DNA of 64,000 nt from Planctomycetota bacterium (GTDB lineage: Bacteria; Planctomycetota; PLA2; JAEUHO01), in the NCBI GenBank assembly GCA_965222115.1, contig CBDCTJ010000007.1, positions 1,024,001 through 1,088,000 of the forward strand. Direction: 5' to 3'. The stretch's first letter is position 1. The number at the start of each line of letters is the position of its first letter. The notes beneath the pieces are model-generated. The model ran no database searches. It was given only the letters and a program-made list of their open reading frames with translations, and was not told the origin of the DNA. The translations under genes and the position numbers were made by a program. Shown here one piece after another: positions 9,755 through 19,672 of this stretch.

Positions 9755-11116
9755 ATGAATTCACGTGCAGCGTTGTTGTTGGGCCTACTGTTGACGAGCG
9801 TGTCGAGCGCAACTACGACCATGACGGCAGCAGCCAAGAAGGCAGACGGTACGACTGCCGCGGACTATGAACGGGCGATCGATGAAGCCCTGGACACCAA
9901 GAATGTTGAGCTGATCTTGGCATCGCTCGGTGAAGACGCCTTGAACATCCTCGCGAAGGACGCGAAGAGGGTCTTATCGATCACGAGTACCGTTCAGTAC
10001 CGAATGAAGATGATTGCTGAGCTGGCAGGGAAGGACAAGCAGGAGCAGGTAAGCAAGCTATGCGCGTGGATGGTCGCGCTGGCGACATCGGCGCGAACTC
10101 GAGCGCCTAAGGATGAACGCGTGCATGCAGCGATGGCGAATGCCGCTGATGCCACCATTCGCGCGGCGATTGTGTTTCGTGGGGAGCAAGAAGTCGAGGC
10201 CTACCGACGCGTTGCGAGGCATTGGCGCGACGCGGTGCGACGAGGTGGCCGTAAGTCAGCAGAGTACTTTCGAGAGTCAATCTATGCACTCCGCGATTCG
10301 ACCGTAGGGACGACGACGCCCGCGCTTGAACACTATGCCGCGCTGTACGCAACGCTTCTTGCTTCCCTAAAGCAGAACTCTTCGCGAGATCTCAAAATCG
10401 AAGCAGGTCAGGTGGCTGCCATCTACACCAGTCGACTTATTGAAAAGAAAAAGAAGGCAGACGCTCGCAAGATCGTGAAGGAAGCCCTGGCCACCATCGA
10501 GTCGATTCGAGATCGATCGTCCAACGACTACCCATGTGCATCGATGGTGTACAATGCACTGCTCATCAATGGGTATGCAGCTGGTCTAAAGAAGATCGGT
10601 GAGTTTCGATGCGAGAAGAAGAAGGGGCGTTGGAGTCGATTGTCATTTGATCTGCCCTTGGGTTGGCGACTCGCCTACGGCAGCGATTCCAACGGACAAG
10701 ATCTCAATACGATTACTGGTTATGGCGTGCGAGCGCTCACTCGGATCGAGTTTTACCGCTATCGCCGTCACATTGAATACACCCATTCGAATGGCTCCGG
10801 CGTAGGTGGAGACAACCCGACCGGGCTCGCGGATCGTGATCGAGAGGGATTGCGCGGCGGGCTCGGTAAGATCACGCGCGAGCGCAAGCGCGTCTCAGGT
10901 GTTTTGAACAAGACCGTCCGTAAGTCGGTGGGCTACGAGTTAGCGGGCGAGCGATCGGGGCGACCGCGATGGTATCGCTCGTGGTACTTCCGCGGTACAG
11001 TGAAGCGTGACACCTATCTGGTGGCGGTGAGTAAGTCCAATGGATTGGTTCGAATGGATGCAGCGTTGGAGCACGTTCTTGATTCGATTCGAGAAATGCC
11101 TCCCAAGAAAGAGTAG
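9755..11116 (+). CDS. Hypothetical secreted protein
   Basis: 453-aa ORF with GAGG RBS and N-terminal signal peptide; no recognised motif. Confidence 0.7.
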   Translation: MNSRAALLLGLLLTSVSSATTTMTAAAKKADGTTAADYERAIDEALDTKNVELILASLGEDALNILAKDAKRVLSITSTVQYRMKMIAELAGKDKQEQVSKLCAWMVALATSARTRAPKDERVHAAMANAADATIRAAIVFRGEQEVEAYRRVARHWRDAVRRGGRKSAEYFRESIYALRDSTVGTTTPALEHYAALYATLLASLKQNSSRDLKIEAGQVAAIYTSRLIEKKKKADARKIVKEALATIESIRDRSSNDYPCASMVYNALLINGYAAGLKKIGEFRCEKKKGRWSRLSFDLPLGWRLAYGSDSNGQDLNTITGYGVRALTRIEFYRYRRHIEYTHSNGSGVGGDNPTGLADRDREGLRGGLGKITRERKRVSGVLNKTVRKSVGYELAGERSGRPRWYRSWYFRGTVKRDTYLVAVSKSNGLVRMDAALEHVLDSIREMPPKKE

Positions 11117-11247
11117 ATAGACCCAGACTCCGGATCTCCGCGAAGCAACTAAGGAGCGAAGCGCAAGCGTGGGGGGCGTCGTTTGGCGGGAGCGTAAGGA
11201 ACGCGGTTGAAGAAGAACGCTCTCACTAAGGGTACGAAGGACACCAA
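11117..11247 (+). repeat. Left copy of a degenerate inverted repeat (partner at 12231-12390)
   Basis: 11162-11195 matches the reverse complement of 12291-12325 (28/35). 11209-11230 matches that of 12242-12263 (20/22). Confidence 0.7.
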
Positions 11248-11748
11248 GCGCAACCGTGAGATGAACGTATTTGGTCAAGTCAGTGAGCGCTGGTTGCAGG
11301 ACGGTGTTTAGAACGCGCAAGCGGCGCTGAGTGCGAACTGCGAATACGTGGAACGGCTCTCAATCGATTCGACCCGTGGTGGACGTCACAAGGAAGATCA
11401 TTGTCCTCGTCGTAAGCGCAACACAAGACTGTCAACGGCCTCGTAGGGGCCACGCATCACCCCGGGTCAAGTAGCCCCATAGTTACCGCCCTGACGGAGG
11501 GTGCGGAGTTGTGCGAAACTTCGTTGCGTCCGTTAAGAGTCATGCGCAACGCCCTTTCGTTCGCAATGAACAATACGCGATTCATGCGACCTGATCGCTG
11601 AACCACGCGAGCAAGTTCGCGCCACCGCTCCTGCATTTACGGCTCTTCCAATCGGCTGAGTCCAAAGTCACTAACTTGTTGGGGAAAAGCGAGGCACGGT
11701 ATCCCGTATCCGAGTGTCTTCTCCGTCTAAAGGAAAAGACAACAGCGT

Positions 11749-12183
11749 TCACTTAAACTCATCGCGTCCCACCTCCGAACTGCCCTTCATGAATCGAAGA
11801 TGAACGACGTGACCCTCGACAAGTACTACGAGCCACTTGCTCGATCCCAGCCAGCGAAATTCAACTTTGTCATCGATTTTCTTGGCCCATGCTCTCTGCG
11901 ACTCCGTTCCAGTCGTCCTCCCTCGCAAGTCCCCGTCGAACCGATAAGCCAACGCTGACTCCGACAGCCCCACCAACTGATTCTGAATGCCAGGATCGAC
12001 TTGCATTATGCGATAGGCGTTGGATGGCGGAGACCCAAGAACACCCGCCTTCCACAGTACGTACTTGGGCTCCAGCGGGTGGTCGGTTCCACCGAACACT
12101 ATCCACCAGCCGCAGGCCACCAATAGGGAGACTATACCCACGGCCCGGACCCATCGCACGCGATTCGATCGCATCGGGAACAC
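11749..12183 (-). CDS. Small N-terminally membrane-anchored hypothetical protein
   Basis: 144-aa ORF with GAGG before the start and one hydrophobic helix (VGIVSLLVACGWWIVF). Confidence 0.6.
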   Translation of the reverse strand: MFPMRSNRVRWVRAVGIVSLLVACGWWIVFGGTDHPLEPKYVLWKAGVLGSPPSNAYRIMQVDPGIQNQLVGLSESALAYRFDGDLRGRTTGTESQRAWAKKIDDKVEFRWLGSSKWLVVLVEGHVVHLRFMKGSSEVGRDEFK

Positions 12184-12230
12184 CTCGTACGGCCGATCCT
12201 ACAGCCCACGCCCAATTCCGCTAGTCATCG

Positions 12231-12390
12231 ATCCTTGTGTTCTTCGTGAGAGCATTCTTCTTCCTAGACGCGCACCACAACCAATCACACACGCACTCAC
12301 CAAACAACGTTCCCCAACGCTTGCGACTCAGCGCCCCTGCAACTTGGCGTCTCTGCGTGAGGTGAGGTGCGTCCGGCTTTAGGATCTAAT
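12231..12390 (-). repeat. Right copy of the degenerate inverted repeat
   Basis: Reverse-complement similarity to 11117-11247; abuts the ribBA stop codon. Confidence 0.7.
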
Positions 12391-12393
12391 CGC

Positions 12394-13650
12394 TCAAGCC
12401 TTCTTCTCTCCTCGCTTTGGAAGCGTGAGGATATGGCCCATCTTCTCGGCCTTTGTGCGCAAGTACTTTGCGTTGCCTTCGGTGGTGGGGGCTTCCAGGG
12501 CTTCTCGACGTTCAATGTCGAGCCCGTAGCCTTTGAGGGCACGGAACTTGACGGGATTGTTGGTCAATAGCGCCATGCGACGTACGCCGAGATCGTAGAG
12601 AATCTGCGCGCCCACGCCATAGTCGCGGTGGTCGGGTTTGAAGCCGAGTTTCACGTTGGCCTCGACTGTATCGAGCCCGTCGTCTTGTAGTGCGTAGGCT
12701 TTGATCTTGTTGATGAGACCAATGCCGCGCCCTTCTTGGCGCATGTAGAGAATGACGCCGCGGCCCACTTCGGCAATGCGCTGTTGGGCGAGCCTAAGTT
12801 GCGAGCCGCAATCGCAGCGATCGGAGTGAAAGAGGTCGCCCGTCAAGCACTCGCTGTGCGCGCGCACAAGCACCGTGTCATCAATTGGATCGCAGGGCGT
12901 ATCGACTGAGGGGAAGTCCATGCCCATCGTGAGTGCCAAGTGGGGCTCGGGGTCGGCTTTGGCGGTGTAGATGTGTACGCCAAACTCGCCATATTCGGTT
13001 GGTAGTTTGGCCGAGGCCTCAAGCGATATCAGCCGTTCCTTATGCCGACGCCACTCAATGACATCGCGCACCGTGCAAATTTTGAGGTCGTGTTCAGCGG
13101 CGAACGATTCAAGCTGCGGCATGCGCATCATGGTGCCGTCTTCGTTCATCAACTCGCTAATCACGCCAAGCGGTTGTAGTCCCGCGAGTCGGCAAAGATC
13201 CACCGATCCTTCGGTCTGCCCGCTGCGTCGAAGCACGCCTTCATGGGCGGCGCGAATGGGATAGACGTGGCCCGGACGCGCCAGGTCCGTGTGTTGGCAG
13301 TCGGGATTGGCAATCGTGCGAATGGTTGTAGCGCGATCGGCGGCACTCACGCCGGTCGTCACACCCTCTTTCGCTTCTACGCTCACGGTGAACTGTGTGC
13401 CAAAGCGACTCGAGTTGTTTTCGCCCCCGACTTGCAGAGGGAGCTTGAGCTCGTCCGCTTTTTCTTGAGGCATCGTCACGCAAATGATGCCGCTCGCGTG
13501 GCGCAGCATGAACGCCATGTCTTCCGCGCGCGTGAACTCGGCGGCCATGACGAGGTCGCCCTCGTTTTCACGATCGGGGTCGTCCACGAGAATGACCATG
13601 CGGCCGGCACGAAGATCGTCAAATACGTCAGGCAGTTGTGCAAAGCTCAT
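12394..13650 (-). CDS. ribBA: Bifunctional DHBP synthase / GTP cyclohydrolase II
   Basis: DDPDRENEGDL, TTGVSAADR, RPGHVYP, HSECLTGD...RCDC, QEGRGIGL, LLTNNP. ATG 13650 preferred over 13725. Confidence 0.96.
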   Translation of the reverse strand: MSFAQLPDVFDDLRAGRMVILVDDPDRENEGDLVMAAEFTRAEDMAFMLRHASGIICVTMPQEKADELKLPLQVGGENNSSRFGTQFTVSVEAKEGVTTGVSAADRATTIRTIANPDCQHTDLARPGHVYPIRAAHEGVLRRSGQTEGSVDLCRLAGLQPLGVISELMNEDGTMMRMPQLESFAAEHDLKICTVRDVIEWRRHKERLISLEASAKLPTEYGEFGVHIYTAKADPEPHLALTMGMDFPSVDTPCDPIDDTVLVRAHSECLTGDLFHSDRCDCGSQLRLAQQRIAEVGRGVILYMRQEGRGIGLINKIKAYALQDDGLDTVEANVKLGFKPDHRDYGVGAQILYDLGVRRMALLTNNPVKFRALKGYGLDIERREALEAPTTEGNAKYLRTKAEKMGHILTLPKRGEKKA

Positions 13651-13714
13651 GCGCGCAGCGTAACGCTGGAGGAGCGGCTCGCCTTCTATCGCGCGAGTTC
13701 GTCCGGGCTTGGGT

Positions 13715-14593
13715 CTACCCAACAACGTTGAACGTTGCGGAGCCGCGCGTGAAGTTGGGCGTGTCGGCGTTGAACGGTCCGGGAATGTCGGACCATTCGG
13801 GCTCTTCGCCGCCCTTGGTCTGTTCCTGAATCCACACGTCGATCTTGTGCGAGCCGGGCTTGAGGTCCTTCAACACGATGGGTCCCGGTGCGGTCAAGTA
13901 GGCCGTCTTGTCGCCCACCTTGTAGGCCACGCGGTGCTTTGTGCCCCACGTGAGTCCCGCGATTGCCGCGTGAATCGAAACGTTTCCATCGGCATTGGCT
14001 TTGACGTCGCCACTGGGTCCAACGACAAACACAGTCGGGCCGTTTTCGTTAAAAGCGCCTCGCGGAAACTCGGCACCTGGCGTCTTGCGGTCGTACTCAC
14101 CGCCTTCGGCGCCGAGGTGGAAGATGCGCACGGCGGTCGCTTCTGGGTTGGTATAGAGCTCGCCGCGCTTGCTGTTGTAGACGCACGCGCGCAAGACATG
14201 GGAGCCTGCCGGCCACGACTCGTCCCCAAGCGCCACCGATTGCGTGGGATCCTTGAGCGTTTTGAATTCACCCCCATCGAGGCTGTACCAAATCTCATCC
14301 CCTTCGCGAACCTCGGCGGTGCTGGTGTTGCGCAGATCAAAGAGCGCGCGCGGCATGCGGTAGCGCACGAGTCCCTGCGGCTGACCCTCGGCATCTTTTG
14401 CGCCGTCTGGATGGGGTACCACTTCCGTCAGTTTGATGACTTGACCCGGACCCGGCTGCACGATGGTGAGTTCGGGGCCCGGCCAACGGTTGTCGCCGCC
14501 GGGATCATTGCGATTGCCCGCCTCGCATCCAACGAGGAGGAAGGCAGCGGAAAGCACGAGGAGCGGGGTGAGCCGGTTTGCGCCCAGGCACAT
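13715..14593 (-). CDS. Hypothetical lipoprotein with Ig-like beta domains
   Basis: AAGGAG RBS before ATG 14593; lipobox LLVGC; two beta-rich modules (PAGSHVLRA, KPGSHKIDV). Confidence 0.7.
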   Translation of the reverse strand: MCLGANRLTPLLVLSAAFLLVGCEAGNRNDPGGDNRWPGPELTIVQPGPGQVIKLTEVVPHPDGAKDAEGQPQGLVRYRMPRALFDLRNTSTAEVREGDEIWYSLDGGEFKTLKDPTQSVALGDESWPAGSHVLRACVYNSKRGELYTNPEATAVRIFHLGAEGGEYDRKTPGAEFPRGAFNENGPTVFVVGPSGDVKANADGNVSIHAAIAGLTWGTKHRVAYKVGDKTAYLTAPGPIVLKDLKPGSHKIDVWIQEQTKGGEEPEWSDIPGPFNADTPNFTRGSATFNVVG

Positions 14594-14736
14594 GACGGTT
14601 CTCCTTGATCGGGGGCGCGGGAAGTATACGTCCCGACCCCGAGGGACCGCCATTCAGGTCTACCGTCACACCTATCTTGTGCCGTTTGCCGCAGGATTTA
14701 CAGTGGTCCGACCGGCCACACGTAGGAGACGGACTC

Positions 14737-16044
14737 ATGGTGGATCTACGCAATTCGTCACGGACGCCACGCGCGTGGTTGCTGGCGCTGCCCTTCGTGC
14801 TTGTGCTCGCGTTCGGCCTTGCCAGCTGCGGCGGTGACGATTCCAGCGACACGGACGGCGCGGGCAACAATGCTGCAACGTCCGGCAATGGGGATCTGGC
14901 AAACGAGGATCCTGCGAAGAACGGTGGTCAGGATCCCGTTGATAAGACGGATGGTGACACGTCTACATCTTCAGGGGTTGTTCATCAGGGGACTCTTAGC
15001 GTTGGCGTGATTCTCCCCATGACGGGACCGCATGCGACCTATGGCGAGGAATCTTGGAACGGTTTGCAACTCGCCGAAGAGGACCTGATGGCAGCCGGCC
15101 TCCCCATGAAGATCAAACTGATACGACGCGACGAGAAATCGACGCCGCAGGAAGCGCGCACGCAGGCCAAGGTGCTGATTGAGAACGACGGTGTGGATGT
15201 GCTCATCGGCTCAGTGGCGTCGTCAAACACGAAGGGCATATTTCTGGTGGCGCGCGAGGCGGAAGTGCCGTGCATCAGCCCGGCCTCCACCAACGACAAA
15301 CTCACCATCGAAGGCGGTCCCTACACCAGCCGCATTTGCTTCAAAGACAGTTTTCAGGGGGCCGTGCTTGCAAAGTTCGCGCTCAGCCAAGGCTGGAAAA
15401 AGGTTGCGATCGCGTGCGACAAGGCGCAGGACTACTCCATTGGCCTCAAGGACAACTTCATCCCCATCTTCAAGAAAGGCGGCGGGGAAGTTACCGAGGC
15501 CTACTTCACCAGTGACGACACCGATTTTTCCAATGTGATTCAGTCCGTTGCGAGCGCGAGCCCCGACGCCATCTTCATCTCGGGCTACTACGAGCAAGCC
15601 GGTCCGATGATTAAGCAATCCAAAGGCAAATGGGATGGCAAACCCATTTTCGGTGGCGACGGGCTGGACTCGCCCAATCTTGTTCAACTCGTCGGAGATA
15701 CGAAAGCCGACATCTACTTGTCGTCGCATTTTGCCGCGAACGCGCCTATCAAGCAGGTTCAGGAGTTTGCCAAGCGATACAAGAACCGCTTCGGTGAGGC
15801 ACCCGGTGCCATGGCCGCTCTTGGGTATGACGTCCTGGTGGTCTTGATGGACGCCGTGCGTCGCTGCAAGGAACCTAAAGATCCTGAAGTGTTGGCGAAG
15901 ACCATCGCGGCAACAACAGGCGTGAAGGGCATTACGGGCACCATCAACATGAACACGCCCGACCGCACGCCCATCAAAGACGCGGTCATTGTGAAGGTTG
16001 ACGGGGGACTGAAGTTCTTCAAGTCCATACCTGCGACTGAATAG
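14737..16044 (+). CDS. livK: Branched-chain amino acid ABC transporter substrate-binding lipoprotein
   Basis: AGGAG RBS, lipobox GLASC, VGVILPMTG, ISPAST, RICFKDSFQG, GGDG, ALGYD. Confidence 0.9.
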   Translation: MVDLRNSSRTPRAWLLALPFVLVLAFGLASCGGDDSSDTDGAGNNAATSGNGDLANEDPAKNGGQDPVDKTDGDTSTSSGVVHQGTLSVGVILPMTGPHATYGEESWNGLQLAEEDLMAAGLPMKIKLIRRDEKSTPQEARTQAKVLIENDGVDVLIGSVASSNTKGIFLVAREAEVPCISPASTNDKLTIEGGPYTSRICFKDSFQGAVLAKFALSQGWKKVAIACDKAQDYSIGLKDNFIPIFKKGGGEVTEAYFTSDDTDFSNVIQSVASASPDAIFISGYYEQAGPMIKQSKGKWDGKPIFGGDGLDSPNLVQLVGDTKADIYLSSHFAANAPIKQVQEFAKRYKNRFGEAPGAMAALGYDVLVVLMDAVRRCKEPKDPEVLAKTIAATTGVKGITGTINMNTPDRTPIKDAVIVKVDGGLKFFKSIPATE

Positions 16045-16066
16045 ATAGGGCTCCAGCCGCCCACGC

Positions 16067-17170
16067 GTGTCTGAGTTCTTCGACTACTTCCTAAACGGCC
16101 TAGGCCTTGGCGCGATCTTCGCGTTCATCGCGCTCGGCTACACGATGGTCTACGGGATCATCAAGCTCATTAACTTCGCGCACGGCGAGTTCTTCATGGT
16201 CGGTGCGTTCGTGGGCTATTTCTGCCTGCGCGATTTGGACCTCGAGTACCTCCCGCTGCCCCAGCCGTTACCGATTGTCGTCGATTTCTTGGTGGCACTG
16301 TTGGCGGCTGCATTGGCTGCTGCCATTCTGGCTGTGATTACGGAACGCGTCGCGTATCGCCCTGTGCGCTCAGCCGGTCGTATCGCCGCGCTACTTACAG
16401 CCGTGGGCGTATCGCTCTTGCTCCAGAATCTGGGCATCCAAATCTGGGGCGCTAAGAAGCGCGCTTATCCCGACCCCAAGGTGCCGGTGGCGGTCGCTGA
16501 ACTCAATGGCCCTCTCAGGCACTCGCTGTGGACGGACACGGTATTCACCACCACGTCCGGCGAGACTGTAAAAGAGGTCAAACAGCTCGCGTCCGAGGGC
16601 GACACGGTTAGCGAGGCGATGAAGACGTCGTGGGAGGAGAAGGGGCACGACAGGGTCTACCGGCGCATCACCATTAGCAAGACGACCTATCAGTGGTTTG
16701 TGATTGCGTTGTTGATCTTGTTTACGCCCATTCTTTGGTGGCTCGTCAAGCGCACTCGACTTGGCAAAGCGATGCGCGCGGTGTCGGAGGATGCAGACGC
16801 CGGGCAGTTGATGGGGATTCCGATCAACTGGGTCGTGGCCGCCACGTTTTTCCTAGGTGCGTTCGTGGCCGGCATTGGCGGCGTGGCCTACATGGCCACC
16901 TATGGCGTAGTGTTTCCGCTTGTCGGATTCTTGCCGGGCTTGAAGGCGTTTGTCGCGGCCGTAATTGGCGGTATCGGCTCCATTCCCGGCGCAATCGTCG
17001 GTGGCCTCATCTTAGGGCTGGCCGAGTCCATTATTCCCTACGCGCTTACGAAGATGGGGTGGTCCGAAGCGTTTGCATGGAAGGACGCCATTGCGTTTGC
17101 GTTCTTGATCGTAGTGCTTGTCGTCAAACCCACCGGTATCTTTGGAACTGATGTTCGGGAGAAGGTGTAG
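16067..17170 (+). CDS. livH: Branched-chain amino acid ABC permease
   Basis: ALGYTMVYGIIKLINFAHGE, LGKAMRAVSED, LKAFVAAVIGGIGSIPGA; has an extra ~60-aa soluble loop. Confidence 0.93.
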   Translation: MSEFFDYFLNGLGLGAIFAFIALGYTMVYGIIKLINFAHGEFFMVGAFVGYFCLRDLDLEYLPLPQPLPIVVDFLVALLAAALAAAILAVITERVAYRPVRSAGRIAALLTAVGVSLLLQNLGIQIWGAKKRAYPDPKVPVAVAELNGPLRHSLWTDTVFTTTSGETVKEVKQLASEGDTVSEAMKTSWEEKGHDRVYRRITISKTTYQWFVIALLILFTPILWWLVKRTRLGKAMRAVSEDADAGQLMGIPINWVVAATFFLGAFVAGIGGVAYMATYGVVFPLVGFLPGLKAFVAAVIGGIGSIPGAIVGGLILGLAESIIPYALTKMGWSEAFAWKDAIAFAFLIVVLVVKPTGIFGTDVREKV

Positions 17171-18186
17171 TGCCGGGCGGGTTCCTAACCACTCTCCATA
17201 CGTGGACTACGCCGTTGGCGTTCGGGACCTATTGGTGGACCGATCTGCTGGTGCTGACCTGCATCTACGCTCTGCTCGCACTTTCACTCAACTTCATTAA
17301 TGGTTACGCCAAGATGTTCAGTTTGGGGCATCACGGATTTTACGCCATGGGTGCCTACGGCGCGGCGTGGCTCACGCGCACATTGCACGACACGGCATTC
17401 TTTGCGTCCGTGGGTGGTCCTGCGGTGTTCGTTCTGAGCGCGCTTTTCGCCATGTTGGTGGCGGCCATCGGCGGCATCATCATTGGTCTGCCGTGTTTGC
17501 GACTGCGCGGCGACTACTTAGCAATTGCCACGTTGGGCTTTGGCGAAATTGTACGCATTGCGCTTGCCAACTCCCGCGAAGACACGTTGGGTGGCAGCCT
17601 CGGAATCACTATTCCGCGTGTCTTGATCAAGAAAACCCGAAAGACAACGGGCGACTTTTATCTTGTTTTTTTGGCTCTTGGCGTGGTCTTGGTCATCTTG
17701 ATTGCATGGGCCATACGCAACTACATTAAGTCGGCCAAGGGACGCGCCTTGTTGGCAACGGCGCAAGATGAGCGAGCCGCGGGGTTGCTCGGCATCAATC
17801 CCACCACGTCCAAGGTGACGGCGTTCGTACTGGGATCTAGCGTGGCAGGTCTAGCAGGAGCACTTTACGCTCACTACCAGGCCACCATCGCGCCGCTCGA
17901 TTTCCAGTTTATGGAAACGGTCAAGATCTTCTTGATCGTGGTGCTTGGCGGGCTGGGATCAATTAGCGGCTGTCTCTTGGCGGCTTTCCTTCTCATGTTC
18001 GTAGAGAAAGTGCTCGCGACGCAATTGCCCGAGAGCATTCAGTGGATGCAGGATTGGTGGCAAGTGGAGTACGCCGCCATCCTCGTCTTGCTCATGATCT
18101 TTTTGCCACGCGGCATGTTTGGCAATCGCGAGATAACGGACTTGTTCAAGAGGCAAACAATGCCCACGCCGGGATCTAAACCATGA
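17170..18186 (+). CDS. livM: Branched-chain amino acid ABC permease
   Basis: SLGHHGFYAMGAY, LRLRGDYLAIATLGFGEI, VLGGLGSI. Confidence 0.93.
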   Translation: MPGGFLTTLHTWTTPLAFGTYWWTDLLVLTCIYALLALSLNFINGYAKMFSLGHHGFYAMGAYGAAWLTRTLHDTAFFASVGGPAVFVLSALFAMLVAAIGGIIIGLPCLRLRGDYLAIATLGFGEIVRIALANSREDTLGGSLGITIPRVLIKKTRKTTGDFYLVFLALGVVLVILIAWAIRNYIKSAKGRALLATAQDERAAGLLGINPTTSKVTAFVLGSSVAGLAGALYAHYQATIAPLDFQFMETVKIFLIVVLGGLGSISGCLLAAFLLMFVEKVLATQLPESIQWMQDWWQVEYAAILVLLMIFLPRGMFGNREITDLFKRQTMPTPGSKP

Positions 18187-18968
18187 GCGAGGGTAGAGGT
18201 GCAAAGCGGCTGTTCGAGACCCGGGGCGCCACCAAGCGTTACGGCGGACTTGTGGCTGTATCGGATGTGAGTCTGCACCTGCACGCGGGCGAACTGGTGG
18301 GACTGATTGGTCCCAACGGCGCGGGTAAAACGACGCTCTTCAATCTCATTACGGGTGCCGATCCCGTAACGTCGGGCACGATTCACTTCGATGGTCAGGA
18401 TGTAACAGAGTTCCGTGATTTCGAGCGAGCGCGCTTGGGCATGGCGCGCACGTTTCAGAACATTCGCTTATGGCCTGAGATGAGTGCGCTTGACAACGTA
18501 CGTGCTGTCTACCAAGGGCCGCGTGGGAATAGTGGCTTTGGGGCCGTATTTCGGCTGCGAGCGTTTCGTCGATCGGAAGCCGCCATTCGCGAGACGTCGT
18601 TGGATCTCATGGAGCGCCTTGAGCTCATGGGCTATGCCGACATCCCCGCCGTGGATTTGCCCTATGGCGACCAGCGAAAGCTCGAGATTTGCCGCGCATT
18701 GGCGCTCGATCCGAAGCTCTTGTTGCTGGACGAGCCGGCGGCGGGAATGAACCCAACCGAGAAGGCGGAGCTCATGGAGACCGTGCGTCGCGTTCGCGAC
18801 GAGTTTTCGCTCACTATTTTGCTCATCGAGCATGACATGAAGTTCGTGATGGGCATCTGCGAACGCATCTATGTGATTGACTACGGTAAGGAGATCGCCC
18901 ACGGCACACCAGAGGAGATTCGAACCAACCCCAAGGTGATTGAGGCCTACTTGGGGGGAACCGACTGA
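18183..18968 (+). CDS. livG: Branched-chain amino acid ABC ATP-binding protein
   Basis: GPNGAGKTT, ARTFQNIRL, LLDEPAAGMN, EHDM. Confidence 0.95.
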   Translation: MSEGRGAKRLFETRGATKRYGGLVAVSDVSLHLHAGELVGLIGPNGAGKTTLFNLITGADPVTSGTIHFDGQDVTEFRDFERARLGMARTFQNIRLWPEMSALDNVRAVYQGPRGNSGFGAVFRLRAFRRSEAAIRETSLDLMERLELMGYADIPAVDLPYGDQRKLEICRALALDPKLLLLDEPAAGMNPTEKAELMETVRRVRDEFSLTILLIEHDMKFVMGICERIYVIDYGKEIAHGTPEEIRTNPKVIEAYLGGTD

Positions 18969-19672
18969 TGCTTAGACTCACAGACGTCGAAGTCTTCTAT
19001 GGCAACATCCGCGCGCTGCATGGCATATCACTTGAAGTCAATCAAGGCGAGATCGTCACGCTGATCGGAAGTAACGGCGCGGGCAAAACGACAACGTTGC
19101 GCACCATTTCTGGATTGCTTGCGCCGCGGCAAGGTCAAATTGAGTTTGGACCCGGGCGAATTGACGGGATGCGCGCGGATCGTGTGGTGGCAGCCGGTAT
19201 TGCGCAGTCTCCCGAAGGTCGGCGAATCTTTACTGATCTCACGGTGCGTGAGAACTTGGAGATGGGTGCCTATCTCATTCGCGACGCAAAGAAAGCGTCG
19301 TCCATGCTCGAGCGCGTGTTCTCACTCTTTCCGCGCTTGGAAGAACGCCTTGGACAATCCGGCGGCACGCTTTCGGGTGGGGAGCAGCAGATGCTCGCCA
19401 TCGGCCGCGCGCTCATGGCCCACCCCAAGCTCCTTTTGCTGGATGAACCGAGCCTGGGAATCGCGCCCATCCTCGTTCAAGAGATCTTTCGCGAGATCAA
19501 GAACATCAATCAGACGCTCGGCACCACCATTCTTATTGTTGAACAGAACGCCAATCAGGCGCTCAAGCTCGCCGACCGTGGCTACGTCATCGAAACCGGC
19601 CACATTGTGCTTGAGGGGCCAGCCGACAAGTTGCTTCATGACCCGCAAGTGCGTGAGGCCTACCTCGGATGA
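18968..19672 (+). CDS. livF: Branched-chain amino acid ABC ATP-binding protein
   Basis: GSNGAGKTT, PEGRRIF, LSGGEQQMLAIGRALM, DEPSLG. Confidence 0.95.
   Translation: MLRLTDVEVFYGNIRALHGISLEVNQGEIVTLIGSNGAGKTTTLRTISGLLAPRQGQIEFGPGRIDGMRADRVVAAGIAQSPEGRRIFTDLTVRENLEMGAYLIRDAKKASSMLERVFSLFPRLEERLGQSGGTLSGGEQQMLAIGRALMAHPKLLLLDEPSLGIAPILVQEIFREIKNINQTLGTTILIVEQNANQALKLADRGYVIETGHIVLEGPADKLLHDPQVREAYLG

Noticed and set aside
11430-11510. IS200/IS605-like end hairpins
   Set aside because: Only a vague resemblance; no tnpA, tnpB or iscB remnant is recognisable.
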